A DNA stretch of 64,000 nt from an uncultured Nitrospiraceae bacterium (GCA_963706325.1 CAVPLT010000005.1:290454-354453), one strand, 5' to 3'; shown: positions 22,363 through 33,212, numbered from the stretch's first letter. The notes: generated by a model not told the origin, from the sequence alone. Made by a program: numbers and translations.

Positions 22363-22784
22363 GGCGAATCATGCAAAGCGATATCGGAATGAACGTGTGG
22401 TGGCGCGGGGCCGGACTGGGCCTGCTGATGGCGGTGCTGGCCGCCTGTGAATCGGGTGCCAGCAATCCTGAGGCGGCTAAACCTGCCGGGGCTACCGCGG
22501 TGCCGGCAGAAGTCCAGGTGGGTGAAGCGAAGTTCATCGCCCACTGCGCGGGCTGTCATGGCACTCGAGCTGTTGGGACGAAGGAAGGTCCTCCACTGGC
22601 GCATAAAATCTATGAACCGAATCATCATTCGGATGTCGCGTTCCAACGGGCCGCGGAAAACGGCGTCCGGGCTCATCATTGGGAGTTCGGCAACATGCCG
22701 AAGATCGAAGGTGTGACGGCTGGAGACGTCGATCATATCATTCGGTATGTGCGATGGCTCCAGCGCGAGGCCGGGATCTATTAG
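22359..22784 (+). CDS. Monoheme cytochrome c lipoprotein
   Basis: LAAC lipobox, CAGCH heme motif, HHWEFGNMP. Confidence 0.9.
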   Translation: MRRIMQSDIGMNVWWRGAGLGLLMAVLAACESGASNPEAAKPAGATAVPAEVQVGEAKFIAHCAGCHGTRAVGTKEGPPLAHKIYEPNHHSDVAFQRAAENGVRAHHWEFGNMPKIEGVTAGDVDHIIRYVRWLQREAGIY

Positions 22785-22958
22785 CGACAACGCCTCATTC
22801 CGGGATTCTGCTCCTCATGGCCATTGTCCGTACTCCAGCATGTTGGTTTGACAACATGATCATGCGGTTCGTAATGTAATCGCATCGCCTCGCGCCTGTC
22901 GAACCCGCAGGAGGCCACGGGGCGTGACTCTGGCCCGATCTAACTACAGGAGGAATCT

Positions 22959-23792
22959 ATGCGACGGCAAACCTGGTCCATGGTGGGAATCATGGGAACT
23001 GTGGGGGCCCTGCTGTTCATGTCGGGTTGTGCGGCGATCGATGCCGGCTTTGAGGGGGTCTTGGTCGAACAACCGTTCTTCTTCGGCCACGGGGGGATTG
23101 ATGCGACTCCCTCCAAGACCGGCCGTGTCTGGACTGCGCCAACCACGAGGGTCATTGATGTGGATGTTCGGCCGTTGCAGTACTCTGAACACTTCGACAT
23201 CATTTCCGCTGAGAATGCCCCGGTGTCGTTTGATGCGTTCATGATCGCCAATGTCGTCGAAGGGCGATCACCGGAACTCATCGGCCGCTATGGGACCCAC
23301 TGGTATCAGAACAACGTGAAGGAAGCGTTCCGCACCTTTGTTCGGGAAGAGGTGCAACGGTACCCGCTCTTTCAGCTGACGACTGATCCGACAACCAGGA
23401 CGAAGTTGCAGGATGCCATTGCGCGTGAGGTTCAGAGCAAGCTCATCGATAAGCAAAACATGCCGATCCGGCTCAATCGGGTGGTCGTCGGCAGCATCCT
23501 CCCGCCGAAAGGGGTGGTAGAGCAGACGACTCAGACCATTGTGCAGGAGCAGCGGAAGATCACCATGGTCGAGTTCCAAAAAGCCGAAGAAGCGCGTGAA
23601 AAGGCCGAGAAGCAGCGCGGGATCGCAGACCGTGCCTATCGCGAATCGTTGGGGCTGACCGCGCCGGAATTTGTCGACCTCCGTCGCGTCGAAGTGCAGA
23701 AGGAAATCGTCCAGCATTCGCCTTCGGCCCTGACCGTCATTATGGGACTGGAGCGCGTCGGCATCAACCTGCCACCCGGTGCTGAACGGTAA
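22959..23792 (+). CDS. SPFH/band-7 domain lipoprotein
   Basis: MSGC lipobox, IDAGFEGVLV and a C-terminal coiled coil. Confidence 0.85.
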   Translation: MRRQTWSMVGIMGTVGALLFMSGCAAIDAGFEGVLVEQPFFFGHGGIDATPSKTGRVWTAPTTRVIDVDVRPLQYSEHFDIISAENAPVSFDAFMIANVVEGRSPELIGRYGTHWYQNNVKEAFRTFVREEVQRYPLFQLTTDPTTRTKLQDAIAREVQSKLIDKQNMPIRLNRVVVGSILPPKGVVEQTTQTIVQEQRKITMVEFQKAEEAREKAEKQRGIADRAYRESLGLTAPEFVDLRRVEVQKEIVQHSPSALTVIMGLERVGINLPPGAER

Positions 23793-23827
23793 TGCTTGTG
23801 AGTAGCGCTGTGGTGAACTATTACAGG

Positions 23828-23859
23828 GCTGAAGAGCGGGGCCGGTATCGCTCTTCAGC
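23828..23859. terminator. Bidirectional hairpin between convergent genes
   Basis: gctgaagagcg...cgctcttcagc, 11-bp stem. Confidence 0.65.
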
Positions 23860-23862
23860 TGG

Positions 23863-24603
23863 TTATTTCACAAGCCAGACGCGATAGGTTTTCGTATTGA
23901 GGGGTCTGGCCACCTTCAACGTGCCGACTTCCCCGGGATTCATCACATCCTCACCGGTGGCCGTTTTTCTGGCCGGGTGGCGCGTGCTCCGCAGCAGTAT
24001 GCCTTGGTCATCGTAGAAATCCACCATTACGTCCGCCGCTTCCCGCAGCGTCCCTTGATAGGCCGTCCCGAGCCAATCGAGCCGCTTCAGGGCTTGGTAG
24101 ACGATGACGACCGTCCCGTCGAGATCTTCGCGAGTGCTGAGAATCTTCAACGCTCTATTTTGATCTACGCCGAGTTCATTTCCACTTGCTGCCTGAGCCA
24201 TGAGGACTCGTTCCACACTATCTGGCTGAAAGACTGCCTTTACCTTGCAGTACACCGTCCGGCCCTTTTCACTTTGTTGCAAGATCTGCTGGTTGCTGGC
24301 GTGCTGTGCCGCCAAAGTCTGAATGAGATTGTGAAAAAATTTCGAATCAACGATTGACACCGTCCGTTCGCGCACCGCCGCCGTGGTGCTGATGGCCTGA
24401 CGAAGGGCTTCTAAACAAGCCACCTGTTTCGCTTCCGCGACGGTTTCCGGTTCGTGATAGGCGTATCGATAATCGCCGACAATGTCGATCGTGGGGCTTT
24501 CTGTAAAGGCCAGCGGCGGCGCGACGCAGACCAGAGATTGCGCCACACAAGCCAGGATGACAGTCCTTCTCGACATGGTTCGCAGCGTGGTCATACATGC
24601 CAC
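23863..24603 (-). CDS. Hypothetical exported protein
   Basis: AGGAGG RBS; signal peptide. Confidence 0.75.
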   Translation of the reverse strand: MACMTTLRTMSRRTVILACVAQSLVCVAPPLAFTESPTIDIVGDYRYAYHEPETVAEAKQVACLEALRQAISTTAAVRERTVSIVDSKFFHNLIQTLAAQHASNQQILQQSEKGRTVYCKVKAVFQPDSVERVLMAQAASGNELGVDQNRALKILSTREDLDGTVVIVYQALKRLDWLGTAYQGTLREAADVMVDFYDDQGILLRSTRHPARKTATGEDVMNPGEVGTLKVARPLNTKTYRVWLVK

Positions 24604-25053
24604 CTCCTGTTCTGTGGCAGCTTCACAGGCCGCATTATGGCCCTCGGATTGGAGCGCAGTCGCATTATGCTACCACGCGTTCAGGCCTTGAGCAAAGCGA
24701 CTCAGGCCGAGGGAGCTGTGAGGGGCTCGATGATCGCTTAGTTAGGCAGCGGCGCATTGTCTCCGCACGATTGCTGACGACCACATACGGCGAGAAGCCG
24801 GGCTTAGAGCCTCGTGACTAGGAGTTACTGCGTCTCGCATATGTGAGGGTGAAACACAACGATGCGATATTAGAAAGCATGGGTTCAGTGTGCGGGTCAC
24901 AGGCGCGTGTCTCAATCCTGGTGGGACCTCGCTCCTATGAAGCCTGCTCCGCAGCACCACGCGGATCAGGACGGAAACAGTCTGCAACGTGGTGAGAAAC
25001 CTCAGCATGCCTTGACTTGATCGAGGTCTTCACTCACACTCTGACCTCACACT

Positions 25054-27318
25054 ATGTACGATGGCACCGAGCAAGACCTGCTTCGCCTCCTCGCCTCGCG
25101 AGCCGGAATTTCCCCTGACTTTCACGACATCGCGGGCATCCTTCACGTGACCAGCGACGAAACCACCCGCGCCATTTTGTCGGCAATGGGGTTTCGTGTG
25201 GACTCCCGCGATGCGTTGGCGCACGAACTCACCACCTGGGACGAGGCGGTTTGGCGGCAGCCCTGTGACCCCATTCTCATCCTCCAGCAGGGGTACGACG
25301 ATGTTCGGTGGGCACTGCGGCTTTTGTTGGAACCGGGAGACGAGCATCGGCTGGTGGTGTCGTGGCAACTGACAGATGAAAAAGGTACGATCATTCACCG
25401 GGCGGAAGCCGGTCCACCCTTGGTCCCGCAAGCGGAACAGGTTGTAGCGGGCAGCCGTGCTGCGTGTTTTCAATTGCCGCTGTGTCCCGATTTGTCGCTC
25501 GGCTATTACGACCTATCCGTGGTGGCTCGAGGCGGGAAAAGTGTCATCAAGGGAGCGCTGCGCGTCGTGGTCGCGCCGTCGCACTGTTATGTGCCGGAGG
25601 GTATGGCTCAAGGCGGGCGAGTATGGGGTCTCGCAGTGCAACTGTACTCGCTACGATCTCAGGCCAATTGGGGTGTTGGCGACTTTTCAGATTTGTCTCG
25701 GCTGGTTGAATGGGCGGGTAAGGATTTGGGAGCCGGCATCATTGGATTGAATCCGCTACATGCGCTGAAAAACTCACGGCCACACCATCTGAGCCCCTAT
25801 TCACCGACGAGCCGACTCTTCTTGAATGAACTCTATATCGATCTCGAATGTTTGCCTGAATACCATAGTTCGCCGGATGCGCAGCGTCTACGAAGTAGTC
25901 CGGAGTTTCAAAAGGAACTGGAGCGGGTTCGCGAAGCCAATGGCGTGGATTCTGAGGCGGTCGTGAAAACGAAACGCACGATGCTGGATTTTGCCTACCG
26001 GCAGTTTCTCACAGACAACTACACCGGCACTGAGCCTTCGTTGCAGGCGACCAGCGCACGCGGGTGGTTGTTGGAACGATTCATTCGAGAGGAAGGTGAT
26101 TCGCTGGAGCTGTTTGCAGTGTTTCAGGCGCTGGAGGAAGAGCGGCGCTTGATCGAATTGGCTCCGAAACTTTGGCCCGAGTGGCCCGAACAATATCGGT
26201 CTCCTGGTTCACCGGCCCTAAGAGAATTCGTGAAACGCCATCGCAAGCGGGTCCGATTCTTTCAATATATGCAGTGGGTGGCGAGCGATCAACTCAATGG
26301 GGCCAAACTGCGCGCAGCCCAGGTCAATATGACCCTCGGTCTGTATCCTGATTTGGCGCTCGGCAGCGATCGCAATGGCGGCGAAGCGTGGATGCTGCAA
26401 GATGTTCTGGCGTTGGGTGCGGACTGCGGTGCGCCTCCGGACGCCTTCGCTCCGCAAGGTCAGAATTGGGGTTTCGCGCCGTTTCACCCGCTCCGGCTCA
26501 AGGCTACGGGCTATCGCTCTTTCGTAGAACTGCTCCGAAAAACGCTCCGTCAAGGCGGAGCGGTTCGTATCGACCATGTCATGATGCTGTTTCGATTGTT
26601 TTGGGTGCCCCGCGGGTTAGGCGCCTCTGCGGGAGCCTATGTGCAATACCCAGCAGAAGACTTGTTGCGTCTACTTGCGCTGGAAAGTATGCGGGCTCAG
26701 ACCCTGATCATCGGAGAGGATTTGGGTACAGTGCCGGATTACGTGCGGGAGCAGCTCGCGCGCTATAAGATTTTGTCTTACCGCGTGTTCTACTTTGAGC
26801 GGAACTGGAATGAGGGGTCCTTCAATCCTCCATCAGCCTACCCGGAGCAATCTTTAGCGGTCGTCACCACGCACGACCTTCCCACGCTGTCCGGCTATTG
26901 GGTGGGGGAGGACATCCGATTACGCGCGAGTCTCGGCATGTATCTGAGTGAAGAGACTCGGCAGCAGGCAGAGGAGGAGCGGAGACGGGATAAGGGACAT
27001 ATGCTCGCGGCTTTGCAGCGGGCAGGTCTGCTGCCGGCGGCAGTGACCGACCAGCTGGAGCAGGTGCCCGTGATGACGCCGGAGCTCTGCCGGGCGATCC
27101 ACATGTATCTGGCGACCTCCCGAGCCTGGATCGTCATGGCGAACCTTGATGATGTAATCGGCGAAGTGACACAAATGAACCTGCCCGGCACTCTCGATGC
27201 GTATCCGAATTGGTCTCGAAAGCTATCGCTGTCGCTGGAGGAGCTTCAACAGGATGCACGTGTGCAAATGCTCGCCGCGGCCGTGCGTGCTCTCCGTTCC
27301 CCTGCTGCCACCTCATAG
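25054..27318 (+). CDS. malQ: 4-alpha-glucanotransferase (GH77)
   Basis: QLYSLRS.NWGVGDF, SPYSPTSR, GAPPDAF, RIDHVM, GEDLGTVP and THDLPT motifs. Confidence 0.95.
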   Translation: MYDGTEQDLLRLLASRAGISPDFHDIAGILHVTSDETTRAILSAMGFRVDSRDALAHELTTWDEAVWRQPCDPILILQQGYDDVRWALRLLLEPGDEHRLVVSWQLTDEKGTIIHRAEAGPPLVPQAEQVVAGSRAACFQLPLCPDLSLGYYDLSVVARGGKSVIKGALRVVVAPSHCYVPEGMAQGGRVWGLAVQLYSLRSQANWGVGDFSDLSRLVEWAGKDLGAGIIGLNPLHALKNSRPHHLSPYSPTSRLFLNELYIDLECLPEYHSSPDAQRLRSSPEFQKELERVREANGVDSEAVVKTKRTMLDFAYRQFLTDNYTGTEPSLQATSARGWLLERFIREEGDSLELFAVFQALEEERRLIELAPKLWPEWPEQYRSPGSPALREFVKRHRKRVRFFQYMQWVASDQLNGAKLRAAQVNMTLGLYPDLALGSDRNGGEAWMLQDVLALGADCGAPPDAFAPQGQNWGFAPFHPLRLKATGYRSFVELLRKTLRQGGAVRIDHVMMLFRLFWVPRGLGASAGAYVQYPAEDLLRLLALESMRAQTLIIGEDLGTVPDYVREQLARYKILSYRVFYFERNWNEGSFNPPSAYPEQSLAVVTTHDLPTLSGYWVGEDIRLRASLGMYLSEETRQQAEEERRRDKGHMLAALQRAGLLPAAVTDQLEQVPVMTPELCRAIHMYLATSRAWIVMANLDDVIGEVTQMNLPGTLDAYPNWSRKLSLSLEELQQDARVQMLAAAVRALRSPAATS

Positions 27319-27321
27319 GCC

Positions 27322-28500
27322 GTGGATTCTGCGCGGTCCGGAATCTCGATGAAGAGCCGGGAACAAGTCGTCCTCGCCATCGCCGCGTTCTTATTCCTCC
27401 TCATCGTCTTGATGGAATGGATGTTCCCTCTCAACGTGGTGGGGGCATTCGGATTCGTGCTGCCCATTCTGCTGGTGGCGACCATTCGCAGTCGCCGCCT
27501 CATGATCATTACGCTGGGGTTGTGCGTGTTGGTCACGTTTATTGGGCTTCTCCAACCGGGGAAAAAACGTGAGCGATTCACCGCCGTGGTGTTCAACCGC
27601 ACCATGGTGGTGTGTGTCCTGGTGGGGGTGGCCTATATCGGAGTTACGTGGGAGGAACGCAAAGCTCGGGAAGAGGCCGCTCGCGCCGCTCTGGCGACGC
27701 AAACAGAACATTTGCTGCGTGCCAATACGCAGCTGGTCGAGATCAAAGATACTCTCGCGCGGTCGGAACGGTTGGCGGCGCTGGGGCAACTGGTGGCTTC
27801 GGTGGCGCATGAGGTAGGCACGCCGTTACATTCGATCGCGTGGCACGTGGAAGCGTTGGCGGAAGAGCCTGGAGTGACCGCCGAGATGCAGAAACGAATC
27901 GGCATCATTGATGAACAGTTGAATCGCGTCGTACACATCATTCAAGATCTTTTGACGTCGACCAGGCAACGCAAGCCCGAGCCGACGTGGTATCCCGCTG
28001 AGCGATTGATTGAGCCGGTTGTAGCATTGATCGAACCGGCCTATCATGCCAAAGGAGTCACGCTGCAGGCCTCAGAGGCACCTCCTGTGCTGGTATGGGC
28101 GGATGCCGAAAAGATCCATCAAGTGTTGGTCAATCTATTGACCAACGCCCTGGCTGCCACCACGGTGGGAGGGCATGTGACGGTGACTGTCGCGACTCGC
28201 CCGGCCTCGACAGGGGAGAGAGAGCGTGCGTCTGGTATAGGCCAGTTTGATCTCGACACCATGGTTACCCTGGCGGTGTGCGATTCCGGTTGTGGCATGC
28301 CGCAGGAGGATATGGCGCGAGCATTTCAGCCGTTCTTTACGACCAAGGCACTCGGAAAAGGAACCGGCTTGGGGTTGTTCCTGAGTCGAGAAGCGGTCGT
28401 CGCCCATGGGGGACAGCTGCTCCTGGAAAGCGAAGTGGGAGTGGGGACGACGGTGACCGTGGTGTTACCTGGCCTGCGTTCAGACACCGCCTCGGTCTAG
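27322..28500 (+). CDS. Membrane sensor histidine kinase
   Basis: TM N-terminus, VAHEVGTPL, NLLTNA, DSGCG and PFFTTK...GTGLGL. Confidence 0.93.
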   Translation: MDSARSGISMKSREQVVLAIAAFLFLLIVLMEWMFPLNVVGAFGFVLPILLVATIRSRRLMIITLGLCVLVTFIGLLQPGKKRERFTAVVFNRTMVVCVLVGVAYIGVTWEERKAREEAARAALATQTEHLLRANTQLVEIKDTLARSERLAALGQLVASVAHEVGTPLHSIAWHVEALAEEPGVTAEMQKRIGIIDEQLNRVVHIIQDLLTSTRQRKPEPTWYPAERLIEPVVALIEPAYHAKGVTLQASEAPPVLVWADAEKIHQVLVNLLTNALAATTVGGHVTVTVATRPASTGERERASGIGQFDLDTMVTLAVCDSGCGMPQEDMARAFQPFFTTKALGKGTGLGLFLSREAVVAHGGQLLLESEVGVGTTVTVVLPGLRSDTASV

Positions 28501-28700
28501 CACGCTGCCTTAAACATCTGCGCGCCGCTCTCAAGGCCTGCTGCGGCTCCAGTAGGACAAGACAGCATCTCTGTCCGACCGCGGCATGTGTAAATGGTTT
28601 ACAGAACGGCCTGCGGATATGCTGAAATCGTCCGGGAATCCTGTGGCTTGGATTTAAGATCAAAAAATGTTTTTCAAAATTTGCGAGGAGATACCTACCG

Positions 28701-30095
28701 ATGAGCCACGCGAAACTCTTCGTGGTCGATGACGACGATGCCGCGCGCACATTATTGGCCGAGGCCTTGCTGAAGGAAGGGTACGAGGTGGAGGCATTTT
28801 CCAGCGGCCAGGCCGCCGTGGAACGGGGCAAGCAATCTTGCGTGGACGTGGTTCTAACAGACATTCGCATGGAGCAAGGTGACGGCTTCCTGGTGCTGAA
28901 GGAGTTCAAACGGTTCAGCCCGGATACGTCGATCGTATTGCTGACGGCTTTCGGGTCCTTGGAGGGTGCAATAGAAGCGATCAAGCAAGGGGCTTACGAC
29001 TACCTCGCCAAGCCATTCAAGAAGGAAGACATCCGCTTGGTGGTGCAACGCAGCTTGGAACATTGTCGCCTCGTTCGAGAAAATGCCCGATTCCGCGACG
29101 ACGCGCGCTCGCGCGAACCCTGGTCGCAGTTGGTGGGGAGCAGCCCGGCCATGTTGGAGGTCTACAAGCTGGTGGCCCGCGTTTCCGAGGGGCGAAGTAC
29201 GGTGCTCCTTGAAGGCGAAAGCGGAACGGGGAAGGAGTTGATTGCCCGAGCCGTGCATTTGAACAGCCTCCGTCGAGATAAACCGTTTATTCCCGTCAAC
29301 TGCGGAGCGTTGCCTGATCATCTGCTGGAATCGGAAATGTTTGGGTATGAAAAAGGCGCGTTTACGGGAGCCGTAGGCGCCAAGGCCGGTCTCTTCGAAG
29401 CGGCTCACGGCGGAACGCTGTTTCTCGATGAGATCGGCGATCTTGGCCAGGCGCTTCAGGTGAAATTGTTGCGGGTCATGCAAGAACAGGAAGTGCGTCG
29501 TGTCGGAAGCACCTCGTCGGTCAAGGTTGATGCGCGAATTATTGCCGCGACGAACCGCGATTTGGCCACGTTGGTGAAAGAGGGAAAGTTTCGCGACGAC
29601 TTGTACTATCGTCTCAACGTGGTGCGCATTGCCCTCCCGTCCCTGGCCCAGCGACGAGAGGACATTATGATGCTCGCCCATCATTTTTTGCAGAAGTATG
29701 CCAAACAATCGTTGCGCGTGAGAGGATTCCTGCCGGAAACAATGGCCCTCTTGAAGCGCTACCATTGGCCGGGGAATGTGCGCGAGTTGGAGAACGCCGT
29801 GGAACGGGCGGTTTCGCTCAGTCACGGCCCGCTGCTGCTGCCGGAAGATCTACCGGAGCCGATTCGAGTGGAGCCCGATTCAGCCGACGCACTTGATGCA
29901 GGGCAGAGCGGTGCGAACTCGGACGCTCTCCTGACCTTGGACGAGGTTGAAAAGCGTCACTTGGCCCGTGTATTGAAGGAGACAAGAGGCAACAAAGTGC
30001 GAGCGGCGAAAATTCTCGGAATCGACCGGCGCACGCTATATCGGATGGCAGAGCGATTTGGGCTGGATTTTGGCGATGAGGCCGAGGAAAAATAG
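28701..30095 (+). CDS. Sigma-54-dependent response regulator (NtrC/AtoC type)
   Basis: REC, GESGTGKE, GAFTGA, FLDEIG, WPGNVRELEN and a Fis-type HTH. Confidence 0.96.
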   Translation: MSHAKLFVVDDDDAARTLLAEALLKEGYEVEAFSSGQAAVERGKQSCVDVVLTDIRMEQGDGFLVLKEFKRFSPDTSIVLLTAFGSLEGAIEAIKQGAYDYLAKPFKKEDIRLVVQRSLEHCRLVRENARFRDDARSREPWSQLVGSSPAMLEVYKLVARVSEGRSTVLLEGESGTGKELIARAVHLNSLRRDKPFIPVNCGALPDHLLESEMFGYEKGAFTGAVGAKAGLFEAAHGGTLFLDEIGDLGQALQVKLLRVMQEQEVRRVGSTSSVKVDARIIAATNRDLATLVKEGKFRDDLYYRLNVVRIALPSLAQRREDIMMLAHHFLQKYAKQSLRVRGFLPETMALLKRYHWPGNVRELENAVERAVSLSHGPLLLPEDLPEPIRVEPDSADALDAGQSGANSDALLTLDEVEKRHLARVLKETRGNKVRAAKILGIDRRTLYRMAERFGLDFGDEAEEK

Positions 30096-30104
30096 ATGAA
30101 TGTC

Positions 30105-30551
30105 TTAGAGCATTCGCAGCGCGTTCTTGACGAGTCGAATTTCGTTTGCCGCGCTCTGGGGCAGGGGCGTCTCGGCCTCTTCCCACGAATCGAGGAGCCC
30201 ATCCTTTCCACGATGAAAAACCTGAAGCCGTAAGCGCGTGGTGCTGTCGTTCTGCTGGACGATACGAGCTTCCACCCGGCTCTTGCCTACCCCGAATCGC
30301 CACTGCAGAAGTCCGTTCCACGGGCTTCTGATCTCCTGTCGCATACCTGTCGTCAGGTTGCCGGTATCGTCTTGGTCGACCGTGTAGCCGCCTCGGGTGA
30401 GAACATCCGCAACAGCGGTCCTGACTTGATCGGCAGGGATCGGGAGCAACACATCCATGACATCCGGCTCTGGCAGAGGAGGCGCTCCCGCACATCCGGG
30501 GACTATTGCAATGAATGCCAGCACCCAGAGAATGGCGGCTCTGGATTTCAT
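30105..30551 (-). CDS. Lipoprotein
   Basis: Signal peptide ending VPGC; ATGA overlap with the upstream gene. Confidence 0.75.
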   Translation of the reverse strand: MKSRAAILWVLAFIAIVPGCAGAPPLPEPDVMDVLLPIPADQVRTAVADVLTRGGYTVDQDDTGNLTTGMRQEIRSPWNGLLQWRFGVGKSRVEARIVQQNDSTTRLRLQVFHRGKDGLLDSWEEAETPLPQSAANEIRLVKNALRML

Positions 30552-30802
30552 TTCGGTTTTCCATCTTGCAGGCGGTAGACATTATGGGTGTCCGTCTGGT
30601 CGACACCGGGAATCGCATGAATTCTGGCGAGCACCAATTGAGTAAGCGCATCCTGGTGGGGTACTTCGACAATGGTGAAAATGTCGGGCTTTCCCCAGCA
30701 AGGGTCGATTTGTTTGATTTCCTTGATCGTCGTCAACGCCTTCACCACATTCGCCGTTTGGCCGGGATGAACGTTGATCAACACATAGGCTTTGTCCGGC
30801 AT
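30548..30802 (-). CDS. Lrp/AsnC ligand-binding (RAM) domain protein
   Basis: KAYVLINV.PG...G..DI...V...I..IPGV..T.T pattern; no HTH. Confidence 0.85.
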   Translation of the reverse strand: MPDKAYVLINVHPGQTANVVKALTTIKEIKQIDPCWGKPDIFTIVEVPHQDALTQLVLARIHAIPGVDQTDTHNVYRLQDGKPK

Positions 30803-30932
30803 ACAAGGGATCTCCCGTGGTGTGAGCGGTCGTGACGGGCAACGCCTGCCCGCGATGCGAAACCTAGCGGATTGCCTTGGATGAAGTCAATGAATCGCGT
30901 CCATCCTGTGCGCTGCGATCGTGTTGCGCAAA

Positions 30933-32588
30933 CTATTTGGGGGCGATGATCACCTCCACCATATATGTATCACTGATCGAAGTGAGGTCAGCTTCTAGTC
31001 CGCGAGGATTTCCAACTCGACCTTCTGGATCATAGATGAAGCAGACCAGGGTGATTCCGTTCGGTCGTGTAGCATAATGAGTCGCATCCGACTTCACCTG
31101 TTCAGAAAGGTCCTTCGTGCCGATCCCTGACCGAGTCTGTTTTACGACCACCACAATTCTGTCCCAATCGAGAAGGTAGCTGGTCCGCCGCGCGCCGTTT
31201 GCATAATCCGGAGCCCATTCTTCCGTCCCCACCTCATCAAATTGCAGACGTAGGAGCGCATAAAACAGGTCCTGTAAATCATATTCGTCGGTAATTTCGA
31301 TCGTCGGACGGTATTCTTTTCGCAGCCGCAGTTGTCGGGCCACCAAGTGGAATCGCGCGCAGATTCTTCGAAGCATCTCAAGGGTGCCGGTTTCCTTTTC
31401 ATTGTTCTGCGTGGGCGTTTTGGAAGGCACTTCGACCGCATGCAGAGTGACCGATAGTTCCGCAGCGCTTCTCAAAGACTCCGGGGCCATGGGGGCGGAG
31501 GCTGCGAGTGGCTCAGTGGGCAAGGCCTCGGTGGTGCTCTGGGACGCAGAAGCACGCCCACTGCTCTGAGGAGGCTCCTCGATCAAGGCTGGTTCGAGGT
31601 GTCCGGTCGATGCAGGCGATGGTGAGAGGATTGGCATCGGCGTTGAGACTAGGAAGATTGCTGCTGTTGGAGCACTTCGCACTGATACAAGCGGCTCCGT
31701 TTGCAATTGCGACGCTGCCGGAACGGCAGGGGGAACGGTGTGCTGCGGAATCACTGGCCGGTCCGAAGCGCCCGTTTGAATTACTGCTGTCGTGGTTGAT
31801 AGCTGTTCCACAGTATTTGACGAGGCAACGACGCTGTTCTGGGCCGGTGGAGTCGAAGTGTCGGGCAGCTCAGGCGAGGTGGCGAGGACGAACTTCTTCT
31901 CGTCAAGTGCGCCAGGCGTACGTACAGATTGGGTGGCCCGAGAATGCGGTAATGATGGGAGGCGCTGGCGTGGTATTGAGGCGTGATGAACCGGCCGAGA
32001 AAACTCCACCGGAGCCGTATCCGTCGGCCCGGGATTCATAGAAGGCGGCGAGGTCATGATGACTGGAGCAATAGCTTGGTTTGGCGAGCTGAGGTTGCTT
32101 GCCATCGCACCTGAAACCGTCAGGGGAGCGCTGGGTGAAGCGACAGCGGCGGTGGACGGCACGGAGGACTCGGGAGAGGAAGACGGAGGCACGGCCGTCA
32201 AGGCTGGTTTTTCAGATATTGTAGGTGGGATAGGTGCCGGTGTGACGGACGTCAGACCCAAGATAGCCTCTTTCTGGAACTCCAATTCGGCAATCAGTTG
32301 CTTGATGAGGGCCGCACTTTGCGCAGACTCGGCACGACTTCCGACTCGTAGCTTGTGATGCTTATGGGCCTGGTATTCGGGCGACTTTTCGCCGAAGAGG
32401 CGCCGGATGGTTTCACGAAGGGATAGTTCAGTTCTGGCGCGACCAGCTTCGCGATAGGGAAATCCGTCACGGCTCAAATCGTCGATCTGGGAGCTCAGTT
32501 CGCGCAATTTTGCAATGCCCTGATTGAGTTCGTCTGCAACGGACGGTTTTTGCTTGCGCTGTGGATCACTTGCCTTTGCTCTTGCCAT
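30933..32588 (-). CDS. Helical N-domain + long Pro/Ser/Thr linker + DpnII/MboI-like PD-(D/E)XK domain
   Basis: C-terminal EYDLQDLFYALLRL.FD...EEWAP.YA...CFIYDPEGRVGNPRGLEADL. Confidence 0.75.
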   Translation of the reverse strand: MARAKASDPQRKQKPSVADELNQGIAKLRELSSQIDDLSRDGFPYREAGRARTELSLRETIRRLFGEKSPEYQAHKHHKLRVGSRAESAQSAALIKQLIAELEFQKEAILGLTSVTPAPIPPTISEKPALTAVPPSSSPESSVPSTAAVASPSAPLTVSGAMASNLSSPNQAIAPVIMTSPPSMNPGPTDTAPVEFSRPVHHASIPRQRLPSLPHSRATQSVRTPGALDEKKFVLATSPELPDTSTPPAQNSVVASSNTVEQLSTTTAVIQTGASDRPVIPQHTVPPAVPAASQLQTEPLVSVRSAPTAAIFLVSTPMPILSPSPASTGHLEPALIEEPPQSSGRASASQSTTEALPTEPLAASAPMAPESLRSAAELSVTLHAVEVPSKTPTQNNEKETGTLEMLRRICARFHLVARQLRLRKEYRPTIEITDEYDLQDLFYALLRLQFDEVGTEEWAPDYANGARRTSYLLDWDRIVVVVKQTRSGIGTKDLSEQVKSDATHYATRPNGITLVCFIYDPEGRVGNPRGLEADLTSISDTYMVEVIIAPK

Positions 32589-32680
32589 CGCTCGTGCGCC
32601 TCTGTTGGGATCTATTGAAGGGTCCTGTACCGGCTGAATGCCGTGTTCTTCATCTAAGTCTGGAACAGGGCCGCCTGGCG

Positions 32681-33187
32681 CTAGTCAAACCACTCGACAT
32701 CACCGGTTCCTGATGGCGCCGGCTTCTTGGGATTTGTCGGCGTGAGTGGACCGGCCAGGACCTGTTGCACGAGCGCCAGCAGAGCGTCACCGGTGAATGG
32801 TTTCCTTAAAAACGGCAATCCGTCTCGGATGAGCCCACGGCTGAGCAAATCAGAGCTGGGACTGCTGGACATGAGAATCACGCGGGTTTCCGGATGTCCT
32901 TCCAATAGCCGCTCGGCCATCTCTAGACCGTTTACACGGGGATAGGGATTTTTGTCGACGGACAGCTGGAATCCTGGCGGCGGAAGAAAGATATCAGCGA
33001 GGACAAGATCCACGACATCGGTACGTTCCGCGCAGAGCCTGAGAGCTTCGGAGCTTCCCGCTGCCTGGAGGACAAAATATCCGGCCTCTTGCAGCGGCTT
33101 TGCGCTCAGTAGAAGAGTTGACGGGTCATCATCGACAATTAGAAGAGTGGCACGCTGTATCATGTCGGTGGTCATTGACGCCTCCAT
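32681..33187 (-). CDS. Single-domain response regulator
   Basis: LLIVDDD, DLVLADI and FLRKPF motifs. Confidence 0.9.
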   Translation of the reverse strand: MEASMTTDMIQRATLLIVDDDPSTLLLSAKPLQEAGYFVLQAAGSSEALRLCAERTDVVDLVLADIFLPPPGFQLSVDKNPYPRVNGLEMAERLLEGHPETRVILMSSSPSSDLLSRGLIRDGLPFLRKPFTGDALLALVQQVLAGPLTPTNPKKPAPSGTGDVEWFD

Positions 33188-33212
33188 AGTGGGGTCTTGA
33201 TGTCATGCGGCA

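Noticed and set aside
24741..24841. Minus-strand ...GCCGCTGCCTAA looks like a tmRNA tag end
   Set aside because: No tRNA-like acceptor or T-arm around it.
28854..29825. Long antisense ORFs (also at 1138, 17544, 19111 and others)
   Set aside because: Shadows of well-supported genes on the opposite strand in GC-rich DNA.
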